This document shows positions 50,998-64,000 of a stretch of 64,000 bases of DNA, in pieces. The number at the start of each line of letters is the position of its first letter. The stretch's first letter is position 1. The DNA comes from Myxococcota bacterium (GTDB lineage Bacteria > Myxococcota_A > UBA9160 > UBA4427), in the NCBI GenBank assembly GCA_045106235.1, contig JBGCEJ010000023.1, positions 444,823 through 508,822 on the forward strand, in the 5' to 3' direction. Position numbers and translations under genes: made by a program. The notes under the pieces were generated by a model. That model did no database searches and had not been told where the DNA came from. It saw nothing but the letters and a program-made list of their open reading frames with translations.

Positions 50998-52665
50998 ATG
51001 GCCGAAACTGAATACGCTTTGACGAATCCCCTGGCTCCCTCGGACACGCCCGCGACGACACAAGACGGTGACGCGGCCCCGCTGAGCGTTTACGACGCTT
51101 CGCTCATCACAGGACAAGAGCTCCTCGACCGCCCCCTCGCCGGCGGCGGCCCAGCCCGCGTCCGGGTCCAGCACTCTAAGGACCGCATGACGGTCTGGGA
51201 GCGCATCAAGTGCCTGACCGACGAAGAACCGATGATCCTGTATCGGAACTGGGGTCCGGAACTCGACGGCGCCTCGATCGTGACGGGAATCTTGAACGTC
51301 GACGGCCGCGAGATTGCCGTCTACGGCCATGACTTTACCGTCCGCGCCGGTTCCATGGACGCGACCAACGGTGCGAAACTTGCGCGCTTGATCTACATGG
51401 CGGGCGAAAAAGGCATCCCGCTCATCGGCATGAACGACTCCGCGGGCGCTTTCGTGCCCGCCGGTGTTGGCGGCCTCGACGGCTACTCAGAAGCCTTCAC
51501 GGCTCTGCGCAAGATCAGCGGCCTCGTCCCCTCGATCTCCCTCATGTTTGGCTACAACGCCGGCGGTGGCGCCTACCTGCCCCGCCAGGGCTCCTTCATG
51601 ATTCAGTGTGAAGAGACCTTTATCGGCCTAACAGGCCCCGGCGTCGTGAAGAGCGTTCTTGGCGAAGACGTGACCGCGGAAGAGCTGGGTGGACCCGGCG
51701 TTCACGGTCAGAGTGGCGTGGCCGACCTGGTCACGGGCGATGAGCTTGGATCCCTGCGTACGGCCATCCGACTGCTCGGCTATCTCCCCGACAATAATCG
51801 AGAGATCGCGCCCTACCACGAGACGTCGGACCCGATCGATCGCTACACGGAAGATGAGGACCGCCTCTTCCGACGCACCTTCAATTCCCCCGCCGGCATG
51901 AACGCACCGATGGACATCACGCTCTATCTGCAGCAGATCTGCGATCACGGCGAGTTCTTTCAGATTCAGCCCCAGCGTGCCCAGAACATGGTCACGGCCT
52001 TCGGTCGCCTCGGTGGCTGGGTCACGGGCTTCGTCGCGAATAACTCTGCGGTCTCCTCGGGGCAGATCGATATCGGAGCGGCCCTTAAGGCCACGCGCTT
52101 CATCCGCTTCTGCAACCTCTACAATATTCCGCTCGTGTTCGTGGAAGACACGACGGGCTTCCTGCCGGGAACGGAACAGGAAAGCCGCGGCATCATTCAG
52201 GCCGGACGCAAGCTGCTCGACTCGATCATCGACATTCGCACCCCGCGCATGACGATGATCATCCGTAACGCCTTCGGTGGTGCCTACGCCGCGTACAACT
52301 CGCATTTCACGGGGGCCGACCTGGTCTTCGCGATGCCCATGGCCCGCGTGGCCGTGATGGGCGCTGCGGGCAAGGACTTCGTCTTCAAAGACGAGATGCG
52401 CGCGATCGCAGCCGAACACAAGAAGGCCCTCGCCGGCGGAGCCTCCGCCGAAGAAGCCGACGCAAAGCGCGACGCGGACCTCGCGGTCCTCACCGCACGC
52501 TACGAAGAACAATTGATGAACCCCAAGGAAGCCCTGTCGCTTGGCAGTGTAAGTCGCATCGTGATGCCCGGCGAAAGCCGACGTGTCCTCGCACGCAACC
52601 TGGATTTCCTCATGCGAAAATATCAGCCGGCGCCCATGGGCGGACCGCAGCGGGAGCACGAATAG
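50998..52665 (+). CDS. acyl-CoA carboxylase carboxyltransferase subunit
   Basis: [34 protein letters not shown] and AFGGAY motifs. Confidence 0.88.
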   Translation: MAETEYALTNPLAPSDTPATTQDGDAAPLSVYDASLITGQELLDRPLAGGGPARVRVQHSKDRMTVWERIKCLTDEEPMILYRNWGPELDGASIVTGILNVDGREIAVYGHDFTVRAGSMDATNGAKLARLIYMAGEKGIPLIGMNDSAGAFVPAGVGGLDGYSEAFTALRKISGLVPSISLMFGYNAGGGAYLPRQGSFMIQCEETFIGLTGPGVVKSVLGEDVTAEELGGPGVHGQSGVADLVTGDELGSLRTAIRLLGYLPDNNREIAPYHETSDPIDRYTEDEDRLFRRTFNSPAGMNAPMDITLYLQQICDHGEFFQIQPQRAQNMVTAFGRLGGWVTGFVANNSAVSSGQIDIGAALKATRFIRFCNLYNIPLVFVEDTTGFLPGTEQESRGIIQAGRKLLDSIIDIRTPRMTMIIRNAFGGAYAAYNSHFTGADLVFAMPMARVAVMGAAGKDFVFKDEMRAIAAEHKKALAGGASAEEADAKRDADLAVLTARYEEQLMNPKEALSLGSVSRIVMPGESRRVLARNLDFLMRKYQPAPMGGPQREHE

Positions 52666-52669
52666 AACC

Positions 52670-55417
52670 ATGTTGAATCGCAATGGTGAACACGTACGGG
52701 CGATCGACTCCGACTCTGAATGGGTCCGCACCTTCGACGTCAGTGAAGTCAAATGCCTCGTCGTTTGTCGTGGCCCGGTCCGCAAGGAAGCCTTCGATGT
52801 CTTTGATGAGATCGGTGTCCGCGAATACGGCATGCTGCTTTCCGAAAAAGACTCCGTGGTCTATCCGCGCTGTCTCGCGCCGGAACTTCGGGATCTCCGA
52901 TTCCCCGCCAACGTCCACCGCGTGGCGGACTACATGGGCGTGGGCCAGGAAGAAAAGCTTGAGCGCATCGGCGAGATCATCGAGATCGGCGAGACCCACG
53001 GCTACACGCATATCTTCGCGGGCTACGGATTCATGGCGGAAGACGCGGACTTCGTGGAAGCCATCGAAGCTTCGAGTCTGAACTTCATGGGCCCCTCCTC
53101 CGATGTGATTCGTCGCGCCGGTGCGAAGGATGAAGCCAAGAAGCTGGCTCGAAACCTCGGCAATGCCGTTGTGCCCGGGATCGACAATGTCTCATCCCTC
53201 GCCCTGATCGACCGCGTCCCGGACCGCAAAGGCCTTGAAGCCCTCGCGAAGGAACATGGACTCGAATTCAAATGGAGCGATGATCTCGAACTCGTCGATA
53301 ACGCCGAAGTCCTGCTTCAGGCGGGTTATTCCAAGTCCCTCGAACTCGTCACCATTGCGGAGCTGCAGAAAACCGCAGAGCGCGAATCCCATACGATCTG
53401 GGAGCAGTATCCCGGCAAGCGCATTCGCTACAAGTGCATCGGTGGCGGCGGTGGTAAGGGGCAGCGCGTCGTCGTGTCGGCCGCGGAAACCGAAGCCGCG
53501 GTCATGGACATCCTCGCCGAGCAGAAAGTGCTCGAGCCCGGCTCCAACCGGAACTTCCTGATCGAGCTCAACCTCGAGACAACGCGGCATAACGAAATTC
53601 AGGTCGTCGGTAACGGCGACTGGGCGATCACCCTGGGTGGTCGGGACTGCTCGATCCAGATGCGCGAGCAAAAACAGCTCGAGTTCTCGCTGACGGATGA
53701 GCTCCTCGAAACCGCCGCGAAGGAAACCGACAATAAGGCCCATGCCGAAAACCTGACGCGCGAACGAGATACGCTGAAGGCGATGGAAGATGACGGCGCC
53801 CGCTTCGGTGAAGGGGTCGGCCTGAATAACGTCTCCACCTTCGAATGCATCGTCGAAGGATTCGACCATTTCTTCATGGAGATGAACACGCGCATCCAGG
53901 TGGAGCACGGCTGTAGTGAGCTGGCGTACAAGATGCGCTTCACGAACCCGAACGATCCGACGGATTTCTTCGAAGTCGAACGACTCATCGAAGCCATGGT
54001 GCTGCTGGCACTCCACGGCCCACGCCTGCCGAAGCCCCGACGCATCCTGCGCGCCGTCTCCGGTGCCGAGGTTCGGGTCAACGCAGTGAACGCCGCGCTC
54101 CAGCCTCACGCAGGCGGCCTGATTCGCGGTTGGTCGAAGCCCCTCGACTTCGAGCATCGTGACGATCAGGGCATCGGCACGCGGAACCCCGATACGGGAT
54201 CGTTCCCTTACTACAATCTCGCGGGCGCGTACGACTCCAATATCGCCCTCGTGCTTTGCGACGGAACCAGTCGGCGCGACAACCTCGAGCGACTGGCCGA
54301 AATCTTGCGGCGCATGGAACTCCGAGGCGATGATCTCGAAACCAGCGTGCCGCTTCACTACGGCCTCGTGAACTGGACCCTCGGCCTCGAGCCCATGATG
54401 AAGCCCAATACGCGCTTCATGGGTCCCTACCTCGCCGCAGTCGGCGCACTCGAAATCCTCGCCCGCGACGTGGACGTCCAGGCCGCGGGAGGAGCCCTTC
54501 TCGGCACGCTCAAAGACAAGGCCGCCAAGCAGGCCTTCTTGGCTCAAGAGACTCTGATTCTCCGCCCACTGGGCCGATTGCTCTCTGATGCCCACGCGAT
54601 GGCGGGCTTCCTCGGGCTCTACGACGGTCGGCTCTGGGAGCGGAAGGGCAAGAAGATCGTGTTCCTCAAGAACCCGATCGAGTTTCTGCGCGAGCTCTAC
54701 CACTACCTCGACATGGAAAAGACGCCCGGCAAGCCCCCAAGCGAGATGATCTGGGAACACGACGACGCGCTCCTCAGCGATGCCGAAGCGTTTTACGCAT
54801 CCGCTGCAGAAGCCCTGGGCACAAAGGACTGGGCCAGCCTGGCCAAGAAGCTCGAGGGCAAGCGGGACAAGAAGCTGGCGGACAATGATGCCCTTTGGGC
54901 AGCGTGTCAGGCGAGCCATCGCGGTTTTCAAATCGCGGCGCCTCTGCTGCTCATGATCCCGCGGCTGGGTGCGCAAGCCGAGTTCTTGGACGTCACGATC
55001 AGCGACACCCTTGAGCCGATCTTCCCGGCTCAGTTCGAAGACGAAGAGAACGCCGACGAATTGCGCCGCGCGCTGGCTCCGCCGCCGGTGGCGAGTGCCA
55101 ACGAGATCGTGACCCCCATGGGCGGCTCGTTCTACGGTCGCGAAGCGCCGCATATGCCGCTGATGATTGACGAGGGCGAACATTTCGAGGCGGGACAGCC
55201 GCTCTTCATCATTGAAGTGATGAAGATGTTCAACAAGGTGCTCGCCCCCTTCTCGGGAACCGTGACGAAGAACCAAATGGCCGACTCCGACGGAAGCGTC
55301 GTGAAGGCCGGCCAGGTGATCTTCGAGATCGAGCCCGACGAAGTCCTTGTCGTCGAATCCGAAGCCGATATCGCTGCGCGGAAGAAGCGTGTCACGACCG
55401 AGATTCTCGGCCTCTAG
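52670..55417 (+). CDS. biotin carboxylase with fused biotinyl domain
   Basis: GYGFMAE, GGGGKGQR, RDCSIQ, FMEMNTRIQVEH and the EVMKM biotinylation site. Confidence 0.88.
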   Translation: MLNRNGEHVRAIDSDSEWVRTFDVSEVKCLVVCRGPVRKEAFDVFDEIGVREYGMLLSEKDSVVYPRCLAPELRDLRFPANVHRVADYMGVGQEEKLERIGEIIEIGETHGYTHIFAGYGFMAEDADFVEAIEASSLNFMGPSSDVIRRAGAKDEAKKLARNLGNAVVPGIDNVSSLALIDRVPDRKGLEALAKEHGLEFKWSDDLELVDNAEVLLQAGYSKSLELVTIAELQKTAERESHTIWEQYPGKRIRYKCIGGGGGKGQRVVVSAAETEAAVMDILAEQKVLEPGSNRNFLIELNLETTRHNEIQVVGNGDWAITLGGRDCSIQMREQKQLEFSLTDELLETAAKETDNKAHAENLTRERDTLKAMEDDGARFGEGVGLNNVSTFECIVEGFDHFFMEMNTRIQVEHGCSELAYKMRFTNPNDPTDFFEVERLIEAMVLLALHGPRLPKPRRILRAVSGAEVRVNAVNAALQPHAGGLIRGWSKPLDFEHRDDQGIGTRNPDTGSFPYYNLAGAYDSNIALVLCDGTSRRDNLERLAEILRRMELRGDDLETSVPLHYGLVNWTLGLEPMMKPNTRFMGPYLAAVGALEILARDVDVQAAGGALLGTLKDKAAKQAFLAQETLILRPLGRLLSDAHAMAGFLGLYDGRLWERKGKKIVFLKNPIEFLRELYHYLDMEKTPGKPPSEMIWEHDDALLSDAEAFYASAAEALGTKDWASLAKKLEGKRDKKLADNDALWAACQASHRGFQIAAPLLLMIPRLGAQAEFLDVTISDTLEPIFPAQFEDEENADELRRALAPPPVASANEIVTPMGGSFYGREAPHMPLMIDEGEHFEAGQPLFIIEVMKMFNKVLAPFSGTVTKNQMADSDGSVVKAGQVIFEIEPDEVLVVESEADIAARKKRVTTEILGL

Positions 55418-55636
55418 CGCGTTTACTTCGCGAATTTCCGAAACAGCCGGGCCCCTGCGGCTCGGCTGCCTCGGAGTTTCTCGGTAGAAACCACCATTTC
55501 AGAACGAAAGCCCGATTGGCGCTTGATCATTTCGTTTTGAAAGCCGAAAGCATAGACATACGTAGCCTGTGATCTCTGGAGGGAGGATTGCGTGAGCGGG
55601 AGTGCCCAGCGCTTCCGCAAATAAGGGGCATTTCGA

Positions 55637-56455
55637 ATGTCCATTCGCATCGGCGGTACCGGGACCACCCTCGGCGTCCTCAGATCTCTTCGAAGTTCCT
55701 CCGAAAACGTAGACCGATCGCGTCTTCGCCTCGCGAGCGGGCTGCGCATTAATCGCGCAGCGGACGACCCAGCAGGCCTGGCGATCTCAGAGCGCTTCAG
55801 AGCCGATATCGCGAGCCTCTCCCAGGCCAGCAACAACGCGAACGACGGTGTCTCCCTGGCACAAACGGCCCAAGGCGGGCTGAGCGAAATCGCCAACCTC
55901 CTGTCTGAGGCAAGAGCCCTCGCCGTCCAGTCCTCCTCGGGCACCCTGGGCGGCCAGACCCGCTCCCAAGTCGACAGCCAGTTTCAGGCGATCCTCTCCG
56001 ATATCGATGCCATAGCGAGCAATACGGGCTTCAATTCCTTCAACCCACTCGCTGACGATACGCTCCAGGTCGACGTCCAAGTTGGGGCCACCCAAGGCGA
56101 CACCATCACCGTCTCAGGCGTCGACGCCACCGCGGCAGGGATCGGCGTCGATTCCTTGGATGTGACCACATCAGGTAACGCCGCCGCCGCGCTGAGCACC
56201 CTCGACACCGCCATTTCCGAGGTGAGCACCCTCGCCGGCAGCTTTGGCCTCGCCGAGAACCGCCTTGCTGCGAGAACGCGGCTCCTCAGCACACAGATCG
56301 AGGCGACTTCCGCCGCCGAGAGCCGGATTCGCGATGTCGACTACGCCGCCGAAAGCGCGCGGCTCACCAAGAACCAGATACTCCAGGAGGCGGGTATCTC
56401 TGTGCTCGCACAAGCGAATACGAGCGCGAGCATCGTTCTGCGTCTCCTGGGATAG
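55637..56455 (+). CDS. fliC: flagellin (minimal D0/D1 type)
   Basis: RLASGLRINRAADDPAGLAI, QVGA and AAESRIRDVDYAAE...ILQEAGISVLAQAN. Confidence 0.9.
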   Translation: MSIRIGGTGTTLGVLRSLRSSSENVDRSRLRLASGLRINRAADDPAGLAISERFRADIASLSQASNNANDGVSLAQTAQGGLSEIANLLSEARALAVQSSSGTLGGQTRSQVDSQFQAILSDIDAIASNTGFNSFNPLADDTLQVDVQVGATQGDTITVSGVDATAAGIGVDSLDVTTSGNAAAALSTLDTAISEVSTLAGSFGLAENRLAARTRLLSTQIEATSAAESRIRDVDYAAESARLTKNQILQEAGISVLAQANTSASIVLRLLG

Positions 56456-56671
56456 CCACGGCGACGCAAGCACTGCAGTACAGAACCGGCATCCCTCGAT
56501 CGGGGCGCAGCAAAGCGTTTCAAGGCGCTCCGAACGCTGGCCCCGGTGGCGGACACGCCGTAGAATGAGCGCTTCTCGACCGACCGCGAAGCCCCCACCC
56601 AATCCCCCCCAATTCCCTGAGAATCCGGGCAAGCGGCATAGCAAGATGGCTCCGGCCGTCCCGAGGCCCTG

Positions 56672-59600
56672 ATGTTTTCTTTGCGCGGCGCGCCTGCCCT
56701 CTCGGACGCACGACGTCAGCGATTGCTCCAAAATCTGCGCGTCAACTCCCCTTCCCTCCGCGAGCTGGAAACGGAATTCGTCTTTTTCGTGGATGCCGCC
56801 CGCGCGCTGCAGCCGCGTGAGCAGCAAATCCTCGACGCTCTCCTCCGCGAACACCACGCTGAACAGAGCGACGCGACTTCCAATCGACCCTCAGGTACCC
56901 GGGAATTCTATGTCGTCCCCCGCCTCGGCACGATCTCGCCCTGGTCCTCGAAGGCAACCGATATCCTGCATCGATGCGGCCTCGAGGTTGTCCGCCGCGT
57001 CGAACGCGGCACGGTTTTCCGTTTCATCGAAGACCCGAACGGTGCCACGACAGAAAGCGCCCTGGCCGAGAACGTCGGAGCCGCAATTCACGACCGCATG
57101 ACCGAAAGCCTGCTGCTCGATTCAGCCGAGGCCGAGCGCCTTTTCGTGAAGGCGGATCCAGCCCCGTATCAATCCGTCGATGTCCTGGGCGAAGGCGCAG
57201 ACGCGATCCGCCGCGCAGACCGCGAGCTCGGTCTCGCTCTCGCGCCCGACGAAATCGACTATCTCGTCGACAGCTTCCGCGAGCTCGAGCGCAACCCAAG
57301 CGACGTTGAGCTGATGATGTTCGCCCAGGCAAACTCCGAACATTGCCGCCACAAGATCTTTAATGCGGACTGGACCGTCGACGGAGAGTCCCAGGCGATG
57401 TCGCTGTTTGCGATGATTCGGAATACGACGGACCAGAGTCCCGACGGTGTGCTTTCCGCCTATCACGATAACGCCGCGGTCATGACCGGCGGCGACGGTG
57501 GACGGTTCCAGCCCAATCCAGAAACCGGCAAATACGCACAGGTGGATGAGCCCGCTCAGATTTTGATGAAAGTCGAAACCCATAACCATCCCACAGCGAT
57601 CTCGCCTTTCCCCGGAGCCGCAACAGGCTCAGGCGGCGAAATCCGTGATGAAGGCGCGACGGGTCGAGGCGGCAAGCCCAAGGCGGGGCTCTCAGGATTC
57701 TCCGTCTCCAACCTGCTCCTGCCCGATGCGAAAAGGCCCTGGGAAATCGACCCGGGCAAGCCTGGCCGAATCGCCTCCGCTCTCGAGATCATGCTCGAAG
57801 GCCCGATCGGCGGCGCCGCTTTCAACAACGAATTCGGCCGTCCAAACCTGACAGGCTATTTCCGCACCTACTGCCAGGAGATCGAAGGCCCAGAAGGCCC
57901 GGAAGTTCGCGGCTATCACAAGCCCATCATGCTGGCGGGCGGGATCGGCAATGTCCGGCCAATGCACGTCGACAAACTCACCGCGAAACCCGGTGCGAAG
58001 GTGATCGTCCTCGGCGGCCCCGCCATGCTCATCGGACTCGGCGGTGGCGCAGCCTCTTCCATGGCCACAGGCGAGAGCCAAGAAGATCTCGACTTCGCTT
58101 CCGTCCAGCGCGGCAACCCCGAGATCGAACGGCGCTGCCAGGAAGTCATCGATCGATGCGCAGCGCTCGGCGAGGACAATCCTATCCTCTCGGTTCATGA
58201 CGTTGGCGCGGGCGGCCTCTCGAACGCCCTCCCCGAACTTCTCGATCAGAGTGAGCTCGGCGGCCACATCAACCTGCGCGCAGTCCCGAACGACGAACCG
58301 GGCATGAGCCCGCTCGAAATCTGGTGCAACGAGGCCCAGGAGCGATACGTCATTACAGTCGCCGCGGAACGCCTCGCCGATTTCGAAGCCCTCTGCGAAC
58401 GCGAGCGATGCCCCTTCGCGGTTGTGGGCGAAGCGACGAAAGAACGCCACTTGCTTGTCGCGGATCCCCATTTCAAGGACCAGCCCCAAGCGCCGATTGA
58501 CGTTCCCCTGGCCGTGATTCTCGACAAGCCCCCCAAGATGTCTCGGGATGCGAAGCGGGCTTCGAAGCCCAAAGAGATTTTCGAGTCCGAGCGCCTTGAT
58601 CCCGCGGAAGCCGCACGGCGCGTGCTGCAGCTGCCAACGGTGGCCGACAAGACCTTCTTGATCTCCATCGGCGATCGCTCCATTACGGGCATGGTTGCTC
58701 GCGATCAAATGGTCGGCCCCTGGCAGGTTCCTGTCGCCGATGCGGCCATCACGACCAGCGGATTCTCGACCTATACCGGCGAAGTCATGGCCATCGGAGA
58801 ACGAACGCCACTCGCCCTCCTCGATGCCCGGGCGGCCGCGCGGATGGCCATAGGTGAAGCGCTCACGAACCTCACTTGCGCGCCCGTCCGTAGTCTTTCG
58901 GACGTTTGTCTCTCCGCGAATTGGATGGCGCCCGCAGGCTACGTGGGCGAAGACGCGAAGCTCTACGACGCAGTCGAAACGGTCGGCATGGACCTCTGCC
59001 CCGCGCTCGGCATCGCCATCCCCGTCGGCAAGGACTCTATGTCGATGCGGACCGTTTGGGACGAAGACGGTGAAGAGAAGAGCGTCACCTCGCCGCTCTC
59101 CCTGATCGTTTCCGCATTTGCCACAGTGACCGATGTCCGCGGCGCGCGCACGCCCGAACTCTCCCGCGATGCGGACACCGAACTCATTCTCATCGATCTC
59201 GGCTTCGGCCAAAATCGACTCGGCGCTTCAGCCCTCGCCCAGGTTTACGGCGCGATCGGAGATCAAACGCCGACCGTGGACGATCCCGCGCATCTGCGGG
59301 GCTTCTTCGAAACGGTTCAGGGGCTGCTCCGCGATGAGCGTATCCTCGCCTATCACGACCGCTCCGACGGCGGGCTCTTTGCGACCCTCGCCGAAATGGC
59401 CTTCGCTGGCGGCCGCGGTCTCGAAATCGTCCTCGACGCCCTCCCCGGCGGCACGATCGACAAGCTCTTCTGCGAAGAACTGGGAGCCGTCCTTCAGATC
59501 CGCAGCGCCGATCTCGAGGCCGTCGACCAAGCCTTCGCCGCCGCCGGACTCGCAGACGCCGTCCACCAGATCGGCCGTCCCACGGACAGCGACCGTCTCC

Positions 59601-60613
59601 GCTTCGTGGAAGACGGGCAACCCGTCTTTGACGCATCACGCGCCGAGCTTCGCCGGGACTGGTCCGACACAACTTGGCGCATGCAGCGCCTCCGCGACGA
59701 TCCGACCTGCGCCGATGAAGAGCAAGAGGCGCGCTGCGACCTCGATGATCCAGGGCTCGTCGCAATCGTCCCCTTCGACCTCTACCCCGATACCGGCCCC
59801 GACCCGAAGCGCGCGCTTCACGAAGGGATTCGCCCCTCGATTGCCGTGCTGCGGGATCAGGGCGTGAACGGCCAGATCGAAATGGCGGCCGCTTTCGACC
59901 GCGCCGGGTTCGATGCGGTCGATGTACATATGAGCGACCTGATGGAAGGTCGCCGTTCGCTCGAGAGCTTTAGCGGACTCGTCGCCTGCGGTGGCTTCTC
60001 CTACGGAGATGTTCTCGGCGCCGGCGGCGGTTGGGCGAAATCGATCCTCTTCCACGAAACCCTCCGCGACGCCTTTCGTGATTTCTTTCACGACCCGAAC
60101 CGCTTCGCCCTCGGCGTCTGCAACGGTTGCCAGATGCTCTCACATCTCGGGGAGCTGATTCCGGGGGCTGAGGATTGGCCACGCTTCGAGCGAAACCGGT
60201 CCGAGCAATTTGAGGCCCGCGTCTCCCTCGTTCAAATCGAGGAGAGTCCGTCCATCCTGCTCCGCGGCATGGCGGGCGCACGTCTCCCGATTGCGGTGGC
60301 GCATGGCGAAGGCCGCGTCGAGTTCAAGGATCCCGCCGCACGCGGACGCGCAGAAGAAGCGGGACTCTTCGCCGCGCGCTTCGTTGACGCGCACGGCGCC
60401 CCCGCGACGCGCTACCCCGCCAACCCGAACGGTTCACCGGACGGCCTCACGGCTCTCACGACCCCGGACGGTCGCGTCACAATCATGATGCCTCACCCCG
60501 AGCGCGTTTTCCGAACGGTGCAGAACTCCTGGCATCCCCCAGAATGGGGCGAAGATGCGCCTTGGATCCGACTCTTCAGGAACGCCCGCATCTGGCTCGA
60601 CAGCCGCGCCTAA
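56672..60613 (+). CDS. purL: phosphoribosylformylglycinamidine synthase (large single-chain form)
   Basis: [37 protein letters not shown] and MPHPER motifs. Confidence 0.97.
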   Translation: MFSLRGAPALSDARRQRLLQNLRVNSPSLRELETEFVFFVDAARALQPREQQILDALLREHHAEQSDATSNRPSGTREFYVVPRLGTISPWSSKATDILHRCGLEVVRRVERGTVFRFIEDPNGATTESALAENVGAAIHDRMTESLLLDSAEAERLFVKADPAPYQSVDVLGEGADAIRRADRELGLALAPDEIDYLVDSFRELERNPSDVELMMFAQANSEHCRHKIFNADWTVDGESQAMSLFAMIRNTTDQSPDGVLSAYHDNAAVMTGGDGGRFQPNPETGKYAQVDEPAQILMKVETHNHPTAISPFPGAATGSGGEIRDEGATGRGGKPKAGLSGFSVSNLLLPDAKRPWEIDPGKPGRIASALEIMLEGPIGGAAFNNEFGRPNLTGYFRTYCQEIEGPEGPEVRGYHKPIMLAGGIGNVRPMHVDKLTAKPGAKVIVLGGPAMLIGLGGGAASSMATGESQEDLDFASVQRGNPEIERRCQEVIDRCAALGEDNPILSVHDVGAGGLSNALPELLDQSELGGHINLRAVPNDEPGMSPLEIWCNEAQERYVITVAAERLADFEALCERERCPFAVVGEATKERHLLVADPHFKDQPQAPIDVPLAVILDKPPKMSRDAKRASKPKEIFESERLDPAEAARRVLQLPTVADKTFLISIGDRSITGMVARDQMVGPWQVPVADAAITTSGFSTYTGEVMAIGERTPLALLDARAAARMAIGEALTNLTCAPVRSLSDVCLSANWMAPAGYVGEDAKLYDAVETVGMDLCPALGIAIPVGKDSMSMRTVWDEDGEEKSVTSPLSLIVSAFATVTDVRGARTPELSRDADTELILIDLGFGQNRLGASALAQVYGAIGDQTPTVDDPAHLRGFFETVQGLLRDERILAYHDRSDGGLFATLAEMAFAGGRGLEIVLDALPGGTIDKLFCEELGAVLQIRSADLEAVDQAFAAAGLADAVHQIGRPTDSDRLRFVEDGQPVFDASRAELRRDWSDTTWRMQRLRDDPTCADEEQEARCDLDDPGLVAIVPFDLYPDTGPDPKRALHEGIRPSIAVLRDQGVNGQIEMAAAFDRAGFDAVDVHMSDLMEGRRSLESFSGLVACGGFSYGDVLGAGGGWAKSILFHETLRDAFRDFFHDPNRFALGVCNGCQMLSHLGELIPGAEDWPRFERNRSEQFEARVSLVQIEESPSILLRGMAGARLPIAVAHGEGRVEFKDPAARGRAEEAGLFAARFVDAHGAPATRYPANPNGSPDGLTALTTPDGRVTIMMPHPERVFRTVQNSWHPPEWGEDAPWIRLFRNARIWLDSRA

Positions 60614-62023
<1,410 letters not shown>

Positions 62024-62500
62024 GGATCTCGCCTTCGAGCTCGCGTCCTCACTTGCCGGAGCCTTGCCGCCTCCGGGGATGTTCAAGCGAAAACTGTCTC
62101 TGCTTTGACTCAATTTCCAAGCTGATACCGCACTCAGGGGCGTTTCAGTGCGACGACAGGGGTAGAGAGATACGGTGCGTCTCGTTATTATACGGCGAGT
62201 CACGCGGACCCCTGCGCGGGGGCACCGAAGCTTCGGGCCCCACGCGAGACACCCGCGGGACGCACGTCTCCAGCGTAAGTGAATCGACCCGAAATCGGGC
62301 CGGGACGCCTGCTCGAAAACGACGCATCTTCTCCGCTCAATTCGATGGATCGCCGACTCGGTCCCCCTCGATTGAAGACGGACGCATCGCCTTCGAACGG
62401 CCTCCACCAACGCGAACGCTGGCGAGCGCGCACATAATTCGTGCCTCAAGCAAGGACGCCCCGCGCAGCGGATCGGCGTCCCAACGGATGGAGCAAGTCG

Positions 62501-63352
62501 ATGGACAAGCGGACAACGGAGCGCGAAGCAGTCGCGGAACTCCGTGATGGAATGACAATCGGCATCGGCGGCTGGGGCTCCCGGCGCAAGCCCATGTCGA
62601 TCGTGCGCGAGATCCTGCGGTCGAGCCTGAAAGACCTCACGATCGTGACCTACGGCGGCCCGGATGTCGGCCTCCTCTGCAACGCGGGTAAGATCAAGAA
62701 ACTGATCTACGGATTCGTCTCCCTCGACTCCATCGCCCTGGAACCGCATTTTCGAAAGGCTCGCCAGGCGGGTTCAATCGAAGCAGCGGAACTCGACGAA
62801 GGCATGCTGCAATGGGGACTGCTCGCGGCGTCCCATAAGCTGCCCTTCCTCCCGACGCGCTCTGGCCTGGGATCAGACGTGATGGCAATCAATCCCGATA
62901 TCAAGCTTGTGAAGTCGCCCTACGCCGACGGCGAAGAACTGGTGGCGATGCCGGCCCTCGAACTCGACGCGGCCTTCATCCACATGAACCGCGGTGATGT
63001 CCGGGGCAACGGCCAGTACCTGGGCCCGGACCCGTACTTCGATGACATGTATTGCCGCGCCGCAAAGCGTCGCTTCATGACCGTCGAAAAGATCATGACG
63101 ACGGCCGAAATGGCGAACGAAGGCCCCCTTCAGTCGCGCATCATCAACCGCACCATGGTCGACGGCGTCATCGAAGCGCCGGGCGGCGCCCATTTCACCG
63201 AATGCGGCCCGGACTATGGCCGAGACGAAAAATTCCAGAAGGCCTATGCCGCGACCGCCAAGGACCCTGATGCTTGGCTTGAATTCAAGAAGACCTACCT
63301 CGACCTCGATACTGAAGCCGAATACCAAGCGGCCGTGGAGCGCAACCGATGA
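62501..63352 (+). CDS. ipdA: steroid C/D-ring cleaving hydrolase subunit A (CoA-transferase fold)
   Basis: GMTIGIGGWGSRRKPM, TYGGPDVGLLC, GFVSLDS, DEGML and LPFLPTR match recalled IpdA. Confidence 0.85.
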   Translation: MDKRTTEREAVAELRDGMTIGIGGWGSRRKPMSIVREILRSSLKDLTIVTYGGPDVGLLCNAGKIKKLIYGFVSLDSIALEPHFRKARQAGSIEAAELDEGMLQWGLLAASHKLPFLPTRSGLGSDVMAINPDIKLVKSPYADGEELVAMPALELDAAFIHMNRGDVRGNGQYLGPDPYFDDMYCRAAKRRFMTVEKIMTTAEMANEGPLQSRIINRTMVDGVIEAPGGAHFTECGPDYGRDEKFQKAYAATAKDPDAWLEFKKTYLDLDTEAEYQAAVERNR

Positions 63353-64000
63353 GTGACCTGACTCCGACCCGAGGCGAAATCTGCGCCGTGGCTGCTGCGG
63401 AAGCCTTCCGCGGCAATGGTGAAATCCTGGCGAGCTGCTTCGGCACCGCGCCCGCAATTGGCGCGCGACTCGCCAAAGCAACCTTCGAGCCCGACCTGCT
63501 CATGACCGATGGAGTCTGCACCGTCGTCGATGAACCGAATCCGGTTTCCGGGCCCGGCCACGAGCTGGTGACCGAAGCCTGGCTTCCCTTCCGCGCCATC
63601 TTCGATCATCTCTGGAACGGCAACCGACATGTGATCATGGCCGCAAGCCAGATCGACCGCTTCGGCAACCAGAACTTCGCCTGCATCGGCGAGCACGCCA
63701 AGCCGAAGGCTCAGCTCCTCGGCATGCGCGGCGCGCCGGGCAACACGATCTCGCATATCACGAGCTACTGGGTCGCGAACCAGACCGCTAAGGTCTTCGT
63801 GCCCAAGGTGGACGTGGTTTCGGGCGTCGGTCATGACCGTGCCGCGAAGCTCCCCAAAGAGACGACCCAGGGCTTCGATGTCCGATTCGTGATCTCGAAC
63901 CTCGCTGTCTATGACTTCGAGACCCCGGACAAGGCCATGCGCCTCAAGTCCCTGCATCCCGGCGTCAGCGTCGACGATGTCGTCGAAAACACGGGCTTTG
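63349..64000 (+). CDS. ipdB: IpdB subunit, truncated by the window edge
   Basis: Not in the ORF track. My translation: TRGEICAVAAAEAF...GARLAKATFEPDLLMTDG...QIDRFGNQN...GMRGAPGNT...SYW; ATGA overlap with ipdA. Confidence 0.85.
   Translation, partial: MSDLTPTRGEICAVAAAEAFRGNGEILASCFGTAPAIGARLAKATFEPDLLMTDGVCTVVDEPNPVSGPGHELVTEAWLPFRAIFDHLWNGNRHVIMAASQIDRFGNQNFACIGEHAKPKAQLLGMRGAPGNTISHITSYWVANQTAKVFVPKVDVVSGVGHDRAAKLPKETTQGFDVRFVISNLAVYDFETPDKAMRLKSLHPGVSVDDVVENTGF

Noticed and set aside
53192-55276. Long antisense or overlapping ORFs (also 5801-7312, 44935-46461, 57692-59212 and others)
   Set aside because: Shadow ORFs of well-supported genes, expected in high-GC DNA; they carry no recognisable motifs.
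55522-55550. Full member of the CTCAAG promoter set upstream of flagellin
   Set aside because: Only the -10-like box matches; the -35 position reads CTTGAT, so it was not counted.

Overview
A GC-rich (roughly 60-65% by eye), gene-dense bacterial chromosome segment. I see no prophage, IS element or CRISPR array. The gene content (maf-yggS-proC-divIVA, folD-gcvT-gcvH, PilZ, NtrC pair, flagellin, outer-membrane barrel, lipoproteins) suggests a Gram-negative deltaproteobacterium/Myxococcota-like organism; this is inference. Housekeeping blocks: sulfite reduction/cysteine synthesis, uvrA, moeB, hemF, serC, topA, purL, purB, an acyl-CoA carboxylase and three tRNAs (Sec, Leu-CAA, Ala-GGC). There is also an actinobacterial-style sterol catabolic set: KstR-like repressor, FadA5-like thiolase, ChsB1/Hsd4A-like SDR, FdxD-like ferredoxin, sulfotransferase, KshB-like reductase and IpdAB. 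Most notable signals: (1) a recurring sigma-28-like promoter CTCAAG-N14/15-NCCGA(T/A) upstream of five unrelated, non-flagellar genes including divIVA and topA; (2) an intact tyrosine-recombinase homologue that has lost its catalytic residues; (3) two perfect mycobacterial-type KstR operators between kstR and a divergent ferritin-like/ATP-grasp/HAD operon of unknown function; (4) a tRNA-Sec with atypical stems. All calls come from reading motifs; no database search was run.
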